From positions 496,001 through 560,000 of the forward strand of contig MU054120.1 of assembly GCA_013239625.1 (NCBI GenBank): a DNA stretch of 64,000 bases. Direction: 5' to 3'. Both the position numbers and the translations under genes were made by a program. The number at the start of each line of letters is the position of its first letter. The stretch's first letter is position 1. The notes under the pieces are model-generated. The model was not told where the DNA came from. It was given only the letters and a program-made list of their open reading frames with translations, and searched no databases. Positions 36,445 to 49,770 of this stretch are shown one piece after another. This DNA is from Lama guanicoe (lineage: Eukaryota).

Positions 36445-37832
36445 AGACCAGACTTCCCGTCCCACCATGAACAACCGGAAACGGAAAAGAATATATGCAA
36501 ATATTATTTTCAAACACTGAACAGTTGGAAGGGACCCATAGAAAAGAAATAAGCCCTGCAAATGACAGTTTCCTGCCCGGTGGAACTTTTCAGATGATGG
36601 TGCAGCGAAGAAAACCCTCTATAGACCATTGTAGTCCTGCTTAATTGAGAAGACAAAGCTTGGAGATGAGGGCGCCAGAGGCAGCCAGGATTTGTGGGGC
36701 AGGCTAAGCCGTGAAAAAAGTGTCAGAAACCTGCAGAGAAGTTTCTAGAGTCTGCAGCTAAATGACAAAGCCAAGCATGTGCAGTGAAACACATGGCAGG
36801 GAACTGTGAGAAGAAGAATTGTCTGAGCGAACACAGATTCGAGGACGTTTGAATTCTGGCCATCAGAAGTCAGGAAACCTTGTTAAATAACCAGGGCTTT
36901 CAGTAGACACTCTAGAAGGATAACGCCTTCAGGGTAGAGCTAAGCTAGACACAGAATAAATGCTAACCTGTATCTGTCCTAACAGTGCTTGTGAATAAGC
37001 CTTGGAGAACTTTAAGCTGAACTCACATACTTTAAACTGCTTCCCAGCAAAAACTGCAACGGTCTTAGGAGAAAGAAACCAAAATTCAGCACTCAAAAAT
37101 ATCCAGCCTCCAATCCAAAGTATAAAAACTGACTCATTTACCAGGAGAAAAATCAGTGTATAGAGATAGGTATAGAAGTGACAGCTGATGAGGTTAATAC
37201 AAAGACTTTCACATGTGTTACAACTATATTCAAGGATGTAAAGTAGAACGTAAAAATACTGAAAGAAGAAATGGAAAATATAAATTTCTAAAGATGAGAA
37301 GAACATATCTGTATTAAAAAATTTACTGAATGGAATTAGCAGGTTATATAGGGGGAAAAATCAGTAAGCATTATGATATTATAAAAGATATTATAAAAAA
37401 TAAAGCAGTTATGTATATTCTGAAGAAATAGACATAACCTAAGGGATGTATGGGACAAAACCAAAATTTTTAATATCATTGTAACTAGAGAACCGAAAGG
37501 GAGAAATCAGAAAAACAATTTGAAGTAATAATGGCTGAAAAGTTTCCAAATTTCATGAAAATTAAACCCACATATCCAGAGAGATAAATAAACCAAAAGC
37601 AGTATAAATACAAAGAAAACCACGGGGGCGTGTTGTAATTAAATTACTAAAAACCATTGAAGAGAAAAATTTCAAAACAACCAGAGGAAAAAATACATAT
37701 TACATATAGGTGAACAAAGAAGAACCATAGACTTCTCATAAGAAACTACACGAGATAGAAGACAAACGAACAGCATTTTAAAAGATAAAAATCTATCTTT
37801 ATATCTCAGAATTTTTGAACCAGAAAAATAAT
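36445..37832 (+). mobile_element. Old L1 5' region + ORF1 remnant
   Basis: ORF1-like AAATTTACTGAATGGAATTAGCAG, ATTTGAAGTAATAATGGCTGAAAAGTTTCCAAATTTCATGAAA (FEVIMAEKFPNFMK) and AGACTTCTCATAAGAAAC. Confidence 0.75.
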
Positions 37833-37879
37833 TCAGCTAAATTTAACCAGGGTTAAAAGCCAAATACGGGTTAGCATGT

Positions 37880-39437
37880 GAATTTGCATCCACTTGAAGT
37901 CTTTTCTCAGCGGATTTCCTCAGAGTCTCATGAAAAAGATGGCAGGCAGAGTGGAAGGATGGGAAAGCCACCCTCAAGTGTGGAAGGAAAGGCACAAAGT
38001 CCCACTACACTCTAGTCTTAAGGAAAGCAAATTCTCTCACCCACAAGGGTCCAGTGAAAACCTATTTTGGCTTGGGGACATTAAAAGAAAAATATTCTCT
38101 GCTGCTGGGCTTCAAATAGAAACAATCCTAAGCTTGGATAATTAAAGGCATCCTACGACTGCTTTCAGGGGCAGGGTCTCATCCTCAATATCTAGGATAT
38201 AAAGCTTGGTTAAAGTAGGATGATCATGACGACAGAGAATACAAACCACTTCCCACCAGACTCATACGCATTAAGTCATAAATAATAGTGGTTTACCGCT
38301 GGGGAATGGGCAGGAGCATGAAGAAGATCCTTCTCTGAGGCACAAGCTTAGAGGAAACACCTAAAGCAGAGGGTGAAACAGGGACATTGAGGAAATATAG
38401 TCTAGCCCTACATTAAGCATAATGTCATGTTGGAGGAATCTGACGCTTGTAGTGTGCTGTGGATAATAAGATCAATAACAAACTTCACACAAAAGTAAAT
38501 GATAAAACCCAAGCCCCGCTTAACTCCCAACTAGATTAACACAACCCAGCATACTTAAGGCACAGCAGAAAGAGGAGCATGCCAATTTCTGGCAGAAATA
38601 TTTACCTCAGTCTCTTCTGTTAAAAAAGTTGTAAAACACACACAAAACAAGAAACAAATGACTATGAAGAAACAACAACAACAAAAAATAGAACCTATTA
38701 TTAAGGGTCAAAATAATCAGCAGAATCAGGCTCAGTCAGGGAATTTAAAATGACCATGATGAATAAGTTAAAGGCTCCAGTGGAAAAGGTGAACAACATG
38801 CTTGAACAGATGGGAGAGTTTGGCAGAGATATGAATGAAATGGAAATGCTAGAAATAAACGGTGACATAGTTGGAGAAAGCCTTTGACAGGCTTAGCAGC
38901 AGACACGGCACAGCTCAGAAAAGGATCAGTATCATTGACATATGATCAACAGGAATTACCGACATGATAACACAAAAAAACACATTAGCAGAAAAAAAAA
39001 TAGAACATTTTGTGGGGTATAAAACAATATAACGTGTATAATTGGAATTTCAGAAGCGAATTGAGAGAGAATGGAGAACTAATATTTGAAGAGATAATGG
39101 CTGAGTAACATTTGAAGAGATAATGGCTGAGAATTTTCCAAAAATAATAAAAGTCATATATCTGGAAATCTCAGGAGACCTAAAAGAAGATAAATACTAA
39201 AAACAAAACAAACATGAACCCCCCGCATAAACACATCATAGTCAAACTGCTGAAAATCAGAGGTGAAGAGTAAATCTTGAAGGCAGCCAGGAAAAAAAAA
39301 AAGAAGATAATTTGCATCCAAAAGGACAAAAATAAGAATTATAGAAGACTTACCAGAAATCATGTAAGTTAAAAGACAATTTAGTGGCATCTTTAAAGAG
39401 CTGAAAGAAAAACAAAAGTGAACCAAGATTCTCCACA
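37880..39437 (+). mobile_element. Second old L1 5' region + ORF1 remnant
   Basis: ATATTTGAAGAGATAATGGCTGAG (locally duplicated), CATCATAGTCAAACTGCTGAAA, ATCTTGAAGGCAGCCAG, GCATCTTTAAAGAGCTGAAAGAAAA. 5' boundary uncertain. Confidence 0.7.
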
Positions 39438-39959
39438 TGGCAGGTAAGTAAGGTTAAAGACTTTTTAGAAAGAACAAAACCTTCATACCCCATTCTCATT
39501 TCTGGACAAATCATTTGATGAAGGATTTATTAGGTGGTATCTGGCAAAGTCAACAAACTGTATGTCAGTTGACAGACTTCTTTCAGCTGGAAGAGCCTTT
39601 TAGACAGAAACAGTGTCCTTTGGGACAGAAACCATTTTCTTTGGTGGAAACAGTGAGCCTGAAACTGTGGACCTTCTTTCTTTACCAAAGCCACAGGCCT
39701 TGGCGTTGTCTAACCTTCACCTTGACAGGAGTTCTTTAATCTGTGAATCCTGGGTCAAGAGCCCTGAAGCATGCTCCAGTGTGAAATAATGTATAGCTAT
39801 CCATAAATGAAATATTTTCCCTTAAGTGCTATTAATGGTGGGATGTTTTAAATGATGAACTATGGAAGTAATAATTGTATATAAATAATAGTTGGCTACC
39901 CTATGCTTCTTTTAGAGGAAAAAAACTTCACACCATAAATTTAGCATACTTTTGCACCA

Positions 39960-40410
39960 CAAAGTAATTTTCAAAGTAATACAAATTTTAAAAAATTTAT
40001 TTTCTCTGCTTGAGGGGATGAGAACTAGGTGAACTTCCCAAAACCTATGTATGTGCGTCTCAAATAGGGAGTTCAGAATCTGCAGCTTCAACTAAAAGTA
40101 GTCACAGACTTGTAGCAGCTACTCAGGAGAAACTAAAGATCCAGGGAAACAGGAAATGAAAATTAGTATTATATGCAGAGAGGAATTTCATGGTTCAAAA
40201 GTCAAGGGCAGAGGCTTTCTAAGGTTTTGACAAGGTTAAACAAAGTTTAGAAGGCGAAGGCTAATACAATTTAAGGATAGGGGAAAAAAAAGAAGCAGAT
40301 TTTAGTTGGTCAGAACAAAATTTTCTACCTAGTGAATCAACCTCATCCAGACCAAGTGCATTTATCAAAACCACTTCCAAGTCTAGGTCTACTTTTACTC
40401 CATCCTGATA
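39960..40410 (-). mobile_element. Possible decayed LTR
   Basis: Minus strand begins TATCAGGATGGAGTAAAAG and has AATAAA near its end (~39996-40001). Family not recognised. Confidence 0.3.
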
Positions 40411-40764
40411 AGCTTCACTGAAGAGAGACTGGAGTTGAGCTAGTAATTATCCTGTAATTATTTAAGAGCAATAATTATGAGTGTTTACTGATCAAAAGGA
40501 AACTCACCTCACTCCTCTCTAAAGGGTAAGGTTTTATCTAGGTTTTATTATAGATTCAATTTGTTGAACAAAATAGCTAAACACAGGTTAGAGAGTGAGA
40601 TTACTTACTGTCAATGTTTTTATTAATCAGCAAGTTATTTCTAATCCATTTTAGTTTTTTTTTAATATATCAGCTTTTGACTAGACAGTCTTTGGAATTT
40701 ATAATATACATTGTGAAATATTTGCTCTTTGTTAATTAATGGGTAGAATATGGGGAGGGTAAAG

Positions 40765-41200
40765 GAATACGGGCTATTTTAGATTAGGTAAGTCAGAGAA
40801 CATTTCTCCTAGAAGGTGACATTTAAGTAAGAAAGAGGGAATAAAGAATGAGCCACACAAAAACAAGAGCTGGGAAAAGATATTTCCTAGCAGAGGAGAA
40901 AAAGCAACTTGAAAAGCCCTGAAACTACAATGGATAGGGTGGGCTCAAGGAACCATAGGAGTTAATGTGGCTGGAAGGGAGTAGGTGAGGGGGTGGTGAC
41001 TTTGGAGAGGAAGCGATGTGCCAGAGAGGGGCGGACCTTGAAAGATACCATGAAGACTTGAATTTTAAATGTGATGGCAAACCACTGGACAATTTTAAGC
41101 AACAGAGTGATATGACCTAACTTACATTAAACAAACAAACAAACAAAAACCCATGAAACTTCTCTCTGGCTAATGCCAAGGGAAAAACTGCAGGGCATAA
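40765..41200 (-). mobile_element. L2 LINE fragment
   Basis: GCTATTTTAGATTAGGTAAGTCAGAGAA...AAGGTGACATTTAAG...TGTGATGGCAAACCACTGGACAATTTTAAGCAACAGAGTGATATGACC. Confidence 0.8.
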
Positions 41201-42119
41201 GTAGAAGTAACAAAAGCACCTATCAAAAATTACACCCCTCCAAAGTCCAAAGTGTCAATGCAACAAAAAGGAAGAAATAATTGTCTGTGTGGACTTAACA
41301 CTTCTGAAAAGAATGGGCAGTTAGTAGAGATTTTGAAATCAAGCAGAAATACATAGATGGACACTGAGACTAAGAGACGTGTAGCCTTAGTTAAGGGAAG
41401 AGCTGAGCAAAACTAGAGCAACAGGATTAGGTAATCTGTGATTGGTGAAAGGTTGGGGGTTAATATGGTCACAGGTTCATATAGAGAAGGCTCAGGAGCT
41501 GAGATTGTTTAAGTCGATTGGGGCCAGGCTCTGTTCTGGAGTTTGTGATTTATTCCTTTAGCGATGGAGACCAATTTTAAAAACTAGTAATTTAGATTTT
41601 ATTCAATGAAAAAAAGTTCCTACTATGTGGAATGTTCTGCTAGGAGCTGGGAACATAGGGATAAATAAGATAACTGCAATTCTTTTGAAATTTCACACTT
41701 TCTCTCTTTGGTTAGTATAAGGTAAGTTCCTCTAAGCAAGTGATGTCACCTCTTCTGAAGCCTCAGAAGATGGAATTCGCCCTCCATGTTGTGGCTATTC
41801 TGGCTTCATTTTAGAGCTGCTGATTCTCCATTTCCAAGGAGTTTAGTGTCAGTGCCCAAAGTGACACAGACACTTGCCCTTCTCTCAGTGTTGACCCAGT
41901 CCCTCTTATTTGTCATCTTCCAAGTTACCTGCAGATCCTGGCCTCATGTGACAGTGGGGGAAATTAGTTTATATTCTCATTAAGCGCCCCAGTTCAATCT
42001 AACATCCCCTTACGCAAGGTCCTCCAGTTATTTCGAGAGCCCTCCAAGGGGCAGTCTTAGGAGTTTTCAGGAATAAGTCCTCAATTTTCCAGTCCAGCTT
42101 CTTCCTTAACTCATTAGCA

Positions 42120-42500
42120 CTCACGTTGCCGCTAATACGTCGGCAGAGAACCAGTCCGCAGGGTGCCGTTGGCCTCTCCCGGTGGTCCCTCATCGCAGCA
42201 CTCAGAAGATGGCCTCTCCATCCTCTCCAGTGCCACCACATCCGTAACACGGAGCAAGCCTGTCTCGTAATTCACTGCGCAACTCAGGCGATGCCGACCA
42301 TTCTGCTAATGCTTCACTGAAGATGCGAGGTCAAGAACAGAGGAACACAGCAGCAAGAGTGAGGTAAAACTAGCTTCTGGATGCGCCTGTTCTCAGGGTC
42401 TGCAGGTCCAGGGCCCTCCTCAGTGTCTCTGATTTCCCTGTGTGACTTGCGGGAAGATGCCAGCTCCGGCTGGAAACACACACACGTGCACGCACGCTCA
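42120..42500. promoter_or_regulatory. Small CpG-rich, GC-rich non-repeat segment (orphan CpG-island-like)
   Basis: About 21 CpGs in 380 bp by manual count in an AT-rich, CpG-poor background; CACGTG at 42483-42488. Confidence 0.45.
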
Positions 42501-44833
42501 TATGCCCACACAGTCATAAATCTGAGAAACTTCTGGGAGTATTCTGTGCATATCTATGGCTCCAAACTGAAAATCAAATTGCCATGAGTCAGAGAACAGA
42601 GAGTAATTTTTATCTCAACAAAGGCCTTAGAATACTTCTAAATGCCTCACCACTTAGAGAAAACTCTCTATTATCTCCCCCAAAAGATGTGGAACCATCC
42701 TCCAGCCACCACAGCCTTATCAGTTGGAACATAATAGTCCAAGAGTGGTATTTCTAAGTCGTTCATCTAAATAATAACATTGGTAAATTACTTAAAAACT
42801 AGTCAGATTCTGATTCACAGCCTGTTTTGTGTGGCACGAAGCTCATACCCATAGTTGTTGTTGTTGTTTTTGCAGTAATAGTTTCATCCACAAGTAGTTG
42901 AAAACCAATTCACATAAGACTTCATGAAAGATCTGTTTACAGTTCAGTGAACTCTGAATTCTTCCAAGACCAAGAAACACTTCTTCCAAGTGGGCAAAAG
43001 CTCTGCAGACATGCTGAAAATAACACAGAGCGTGGTGCTTTACCTGCAAGATCAGTGTTGTTCTTCAGATAAACATTTACATTCCAATATGGGTTTTGTT
43101 TTCTAAAAACATAGGTGCATATAAATAAATGATACATTCAAAGGCAGTTTCCCTAATACAAGAGTACAATTTTCTTGAAAAGTCACTGGAATTTTTATAT
43201 CGAGAAGAAAAATACGGCTTTTTTCCCCTTACACACATCAAGATTTCCTAAACCTCAAGATCTGTTTTTCTGTACAGGGACTCCTACCAGCCAAGTCCAG
43301 TTGCTCCAGCAGTCACAGACTGGATGCCTGCTTCTCACTCACTTGTCCGGGCGAATATCATCTCATGTATTGTTTGCCTCCCTCACTGCAATGCCAGCTC
43401 CCTGACAGCAAAGGCTCTTTTCACCTCTGTGCCTGAGGACTAGCTCTTGGAAGAGTGCCTGGCGTATAGGAGGTGTGCTTGGCACACGGAAAACTCAGTA
43501 CTCACGGAACTGCTGCATTTTGAAGGGAGGGATTTTCCAAAAATAACTAGTAAGCACAAATGAATAGAGGCTCTGATTATACTCTGGATTTTATGCCTCA
43601 CACTATGTTATATTTAGTTTTCACTGCCACCATTTCCTTTCCCATATTTTCCATTGAATAGACAGCTTCTATCATTATGAAAGAATTTTCAAAAAAACTG
43701 TATTAACAAATATAGCAAAAATAAACTATTGCCTATTTGCTCTTTTCCTGCAGCAAATGTCCAGCCCAGGAGCTATCTTCTTCCCATACCTGGCCAGAAA
43801 AAGTTTTTTTTCTCATTTGTGTTCATGGTACTTTATAATGCTGTTTGCCACAGTATAATTACATGTTAATGTGTTAATTAGTCTTTGTATACCCCAGGAA
43901 ATAAAGCATTTTTAAAAAGATTCCTTTTTCAAGAAATCCTCAGCACCTTGTAGATCAAGAGCATTTTCTGAGATATTATTGAAATTCAAAATAATAATCT
44001 TCCATAATGCCTTTTGTCAAATAGGTCACAATAATTAACCTTTTTAAAGAAAAAATATAGTAATTTGGAATTACCAAGTAGCTACCATTCTTTGTTAAAT
44101 TCCTCTTGCAATCTTTGGAAAAACAAACTGATAGAAAAACATACCTGTTGTATTCTTACTCTATAATTTTGTCAACATCATTCACTTTTCGCTGGCTATC
44201 TTGGTCTTCTGAGTGGATCAGTCTTTCCATTTAATAGTTAATAGCACATTATTCTTCTGGGAGTACTCAATAAGATGCATAATGTATTTTTTTCCTGCTT
44301 TTAAAAAAATTTCTTTTCCTATTGAAATTCTCAAAAGAATTTTGCATATTCAGGACCCGGGTTAGCAGTTAATATTTTGGTTTTACTCAATTATTTCAGT
44401 TAATATAGAAGTAATTATGACATTTCTTGGGACTGGATTCTGTAGAAACAAGCATTACATTTCTGTCTTCTAAGCAAATTTCATGCTCATGAACTAAGCT
44501 AGCTAACATAACAGTATATAGCACAAAAAGCGAGTATGATTTTAAGATGTCAAAACTCCTACCTGTCATCAAAATTTTTCATGAAGGTAACAGTCATTTA
44601 TCAGCACCTGCTCTTATCCGGGTGTTTCTCTCTTTACCCTAAATGTCTCCTGCGTCTAATCTGTCTTCACGTTCTCCATTACCAGTCCTTCCTTTTGGCT
44701 CATTTGTACTGGATCTTCAGCTATTTGTTGGAGAACTACCACTGTAGAAGTAAAGGCAAACAAAATGATTTCTACTTGCAAATATCTTATGTGAAAATAA
44801 TTATAATACTATTTAATCCAAATAATAAAAATA

Positions 44834-45068
44834 TAGTTTAGCCTTGAACAGTGAGGGGGTAGGGGCAGCGACCCTCTGTGCAGGCAGAAATCAGCATATA
44901 ACTTATAGTCAGTCCTTCATGTATGTGGTTCCTCCACATCGGTGGTTCTGCACCCATGGATGCCACCAACTGCTGGTTGTATATAACACTGTAGGATTCA
45001 CTATTGAAAAAATATGCATAGAAAGTGGACCTGTGTAGTTCAAATACGTGTTGTTCAAGGATCAACTG
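44834..45068. mobile_element. MER8/Tigger2-type Tc1-mariner MITE
   Basis: Terminal inverted repeats TAGTTTAGCCTTGAACA ... TGTTCAAGGATCAACTG (consensus CAGTTGACCCTTGAACA); about 235 bp; TA at the left flank. Confidence 0.85.
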
Positions 45069-45225
45069 TTTTTCTCTTCTGTCTTCAGGGTTCAGAGAAA
45101 AAAATAATGATCTTTCACAAGCAATGTTAAATATGTTCTCTAGATAGATGAGTTAGCTTGCAGAGGGATGGTCATGGTCCTTAAAAGGGATCCAGAGCAA
45201 TGCAAGTCAGAGTAGTTTTAGATCT

Positions 45226-45717
45226 TGTAGTGGAGGAAAGCTTTTCTCTTCTTCCCTTCTAGGTTCTTCGGCTGGTCGAATAATTAAATTGACGTAAGAC
45301 AGATTAACAGGAGAAAAGGACATTTAATTTCATACGTATGAGATCCTATAAAAATATGAAACTCAAAAAGTGAACAAAACAGGCAGCTTTTCTACCTTTT
45401 AGGCAAGGAAACAGTTTCTGAAGAATTGATACGGCGAAGGGCTTTGGACTTGGGGTAGCAAGTTGGTGAAGTAACCAGGTTTGTTTATGTAGCCTCCTTG
45501 GTCCTAATTTCTCTGTCTCTGGTGGTAAGGATGCCTTCTACCCACCTAGTAGAGGGAAGGTAAATTTCACATAGGGGATTCCTTTCCTGCTTTCAGGAGA
45601 CAATGGAAGTCAGAGTGTCCTTCCTTCTTATACCAGTTGTTTCTTAAGTAACTTTAATTCAAAACTTTAATATGCCGAAGTAGCATTTTTGGGGGTGGCA
45701 CATTCTGCTCTCCTTCA
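45226..45717 (-). mobile_element. MER34-like ERV1 solo LTR
   Basis: Minus strand starts TGAAGGAGAGCAGAATGTGCCACCCCCAAAAATGCTACTTCGGCATA and ends CTCCTGTTAATCTGTCTT...CCACTACA. Confidence 0.85.
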
Positions 45718-47620
45718 GTATCAAGAAATCTTTCACGAATGCAAATCTGATCAGGGTCTATCTTCAACAACTGCTTCCGTTTCCCATGAATTAACCCCCC
45801 TGGCTTGCATAATATGTGCTTAACCACCTGACTTGTTAGTTTAGCACCCCTGTTTCTAATAGTTTCCTGCATTGCACCACCCTTCCAAAGATGAAAACTT
45901 TATTCTTGGGTCATACAAAACTGCTTGAACAATGACTACATGCTCATAATTTTGTCTTTGCATAACCTGTTTCCTGTGCCCAGAATCCTCTTTCCGATTC
46001 TGTCTCCCTTAGCTTTCCAATCCATCCAATCTGTCATTTAGCGTAGAATCTAGGAACCCCATCCTCTCTGCTCCCATTGCGTCTGATGTCATTATATATA
46101 ATAATCATTTCTTCCCTGTCTTACTTCTTAATGACTGAATATCTTATCTCTGTGTCTGTACTCAGCAGTGTATAAGGGTTCAAGAAGTGATTGTTAAGTA
46201 GACAAATTTATCTGATATCAGTGTGTGAAAATGTTTACATATATATGTATAAAATATGTGATATTATGCAGATTGCATATATAGTATTTGGATTTCAGAA
46301 AATATCTGAGTATTAAACTGAATCTTTTCCAAATTTCTTTGGATATTAAATGTGACACAGCAATAGCATTTCCCATACATCCTCCTGTCCGTGTCCCGTT
46401 TTCTCTGTTCATTTTCCTCTAGCAGGGTAAAATTAGCAGGATAAGATTTGGTTTTACTTTTTGTCATTTTCTCCGATTTTCTATGCATGTCACCGCACTG
46501 TGTCAGCTCTACGATTAGTGTTTCATTAGCAATGTCCCTTGAAAATAATTGTTGTCATTGGCCCCAAAGGTACACTTTGGAATTAGGCCATGTCAATACA
46601 TTCTAGAACAGAGACAGCTTCAGAATTAGGCTCTGCCTACTTATCTTTAACAGATTAAAAATTAATTGAGAGTAAAAGGGGAAAAAATAGCGTCCTCATC
46701 TATATCCTACAGGAGCTACTGGGAGTCTGAACGTTAATTCTGCCTTTGTGTTAACAAGAAAGCCCCTTTCTTTGATTGTATCTTTCTTGCACTTATTTAA
46801 AAGTCAAACTTTTTTTCTTGATTTACACCAGCTTTAAAGTGTGTTGCTTCTGGTAGCTTGTAAATTAAAGAGCTTTTCTTGTATCCTGGTATCATCACTT
46901 ACTCACTGTGTCTCTTGTTTGAACATTTAAATTTTAGTAAGACTTTATAAATTCTGTTACATTCAGTGCAGTAGTTTTGCCATAACACCAGTGAAAAAAA
47001 AAAAGTTATAAAATGCCTGACCATATGGTCCCTTGATGCACAACAGTTAATACAAAACTCCAAGTAAACATTTCAAAAGTATTTTTGGAATCATTACCAA
47101 ATGTTGATGCTACATAATAAAGGCTATGTGACAACACTCCAAATGTTAAGCATTCTTAAATTGAGGAGCATTTTCATAATAACGAGAGGAAAACAGATTG
47201 CAGCAAGGGAACATACTTAGGCACTGGAGTTCACTGAGTTAAAACTCAAATCAGGTATGACCACTCAAGTCAAAGATGTCATGTCCTTATGCCACAAAGT
47301 CATACAAATATCATCTTAGAAATAATAATATGAATATCTTTTAATTATACATCTTTATTGGAAAAATTCTGGTTGTGACAGAAAGGTTTTATTCTTGAAC
47401 ATATGTCTGTACTAGATCATAGGTTGTACCAGTGGCTCCTAGTTACCTGTATTTCACCTGTAATTTTAATCGTTAAGTGAGTTTTCTTCTTTAGCTCATA
47501 TTGCTGAACGTCAGAAAGTAATGCACCTTAAATTGGATGAGCAGAATCACGTGAAATTTTCTCAACTTTGATTATAGCCAGAGAGCTCCAGGATGTTTGT
47601 AGTTCTGCACATTTTGGGGT

Positions 47621-48298
47621 CAGCTTTTTTGAGTTATAATTTATTTGCAACAAAATCTAGTAATTATAAGTGTACAATCACAGGAACTTTGACAAATACA
47701 TGCAATCATGTAATCGCCATCAGTCATGTTATAGAATACTTCTCTCACTCTAAAAAGTTCCTTACTGTGTGTTTGCAACAAATTCTATCCCTGCCACTCC
47801 AGGCCTTGACAACAAATGATCTGTTTTCTTTCATTATAGTTTTCCTTTTCTAGAATTTCATATGAGTAGAATTTTAAAAATACAGAATGTAATATTATAA
47901 GTTTGGTTTCTTTCCCTTGGTATATTGCTTTTGCAATTCATCCACGTTGCGGCATGTATCAAAAGTTTGTTCTTTTTCATGACTGAGTAGTATTTCATTA
48001 TGTGACTATAACATATAACACAATTTGTCTATGCGTTCACTAGTGTATAGGAATTTGAATGTATTTCCATTTTATGGCTTTTGTGACTATAGCTGATATG
48101 AACAAGTAAAAGTATTGGTTTAAGCATGTGCTTCCATTTCCCTTGAGTAAACACTCAGAGTTGGATTGCCAAGTCATATGGTCAGTATATGTTTAACTTT
48201 ATAAAATACAGCTAAATTGTTTCCAAAGTGGCTGTACCATTTTGTATTTTCACTAGAATATATAAATATTCCAGTTGTTCCATATCTTCACCAATACT
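47621..48298 (-). mobile_element. Old L1 3' UTR/ORF2 end
   Basis: CAGCTTTTTTGAGTTATAATTT...AAGTGTACAAT...TGAGTAGTATTTCATT...TTCCAAAGTGGCTGTACCATTTTG...CATATCTTCACCAATACT. Confidence 0.85.
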
Positions 48299-49770
48299 CC
48301 CCAAGTTTATCTATAAATCCAATATAACCTTATTAAAAATTTGAACAGACTTTCTTTTAAGAATTGAAAGCTTATTCTAAAATTTATTTACAAAATGCAA
48401 AGGAACTAGAGCAGCAAAAACCAATTTCAAAACATTAAATAAAATTGGGGGACGTGCCCTACCTGATTTCAAGAATTATAGAGCTTTAGTAAAAAAGACA
48501 TTTTGGTATTAATGTAAATATAGACTAATAAATCTGTGGAACTGAGTAGGAAATAAATAGACTGACAAATATATGGCCACCTGATTTTTGGCAAATATTA
48601 TAAGGCAATTCAATGGAGGAAAAATAAATTTCAACAAATGCTGCTGGAACTTATGGGTAGTCATATGCAAAAACAAGTGAATCTCAGTCCTGCTGTCATA
48701 CCATGTGAAAAACATTACTCACGCTGTATCATAGACCTAAATATAAGAGCTAAAACTCTAAAATCTTGAATAAAGCAGGAGAAAATCATTAATAACACTG
48801 GATAAGGCAAAGAGTTCTTAAATATGACTGCCAAAGCAAAAACTATATTTAAAAAAATCAATAATTCGACTTCATCAAAATCTAAAACACTGTTGGAAAG
48901 ACATCATTACAAAAATAAAAAGTCAAACCACCAGTTAAGAGAAAATATTTGCAAAGCACATGTCTGATGAAGGGCGTGTATGTGGAATACACAGATAACA
49001 CTTAGTACTTAGTAATGAGAAAATAAATGACCAAATTTTAAAATGGGCGAAGTATTTAAATACACATGCCATCAGAGAAAATATATATTTGGAAATGAAG
49101 CACATTAACACATATTCATCATCATTGGTTATTAGGGAAATGCACATTAAAATCACAAAGAGATGCTACTATACAATCAATGGAGTGGCTAAAATTAAAA
49201 GCTGCTCGTACCAAGAGCTGACAAGGATTTGGAGCAGCTGGAAGTTGTCGTACACTGCTGGCAGGAATAAAAAATAGAATATCACTTTGGGAAAATAACA
49301 GTTTGGTAGTTTCTTAACTAGTTAAGCATACACTTACTCTATAACTCAGCTATATCACTCAAAGAATTTACCCAAGAGCAATGAGAGCAATCACTCACAG
49401 AGGGATTTGTACACAGATTTTCCTAGTGATTTTATTTGTGATAGTCAAAAACTGTTGACAACAAATGTCCAGCAACAGGTGAGTGCATAAAAAGTTGTGG
49501 TATAATTAGGCAATGAAATATCACTCAACAATAAAATAGGAATAAAGTTTTGTGACAATTGGAACATCACTGATCATTCCCAAAACGATTACTCTGTATA
49601 AAAAGTCAGACAAAGAAGGGGCCATTCTAGGAATACATTCATATAAAATTCTAGGGACAAATAAAACTAATAGATAGATATTCATTACCCTGATTATGTT
49701 GATACCCAAATTTATCAAATAGCTCTTTAAATATGTGTAGTTTCTTATATGTTAATTATACCTCAATAAA
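48299..49770 (+). mobile_element. Old 5'-truncated L1 (ORF2 3' part + 3' UTR)
   Basis: CCCAAGTTTATCTATAAATCCAAT...CTACCTGATTTCAAGA...ATTAGGGAAATGCACATTAAAATCACA...TTATACCTCAATAAA. Confidence 0.85.
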
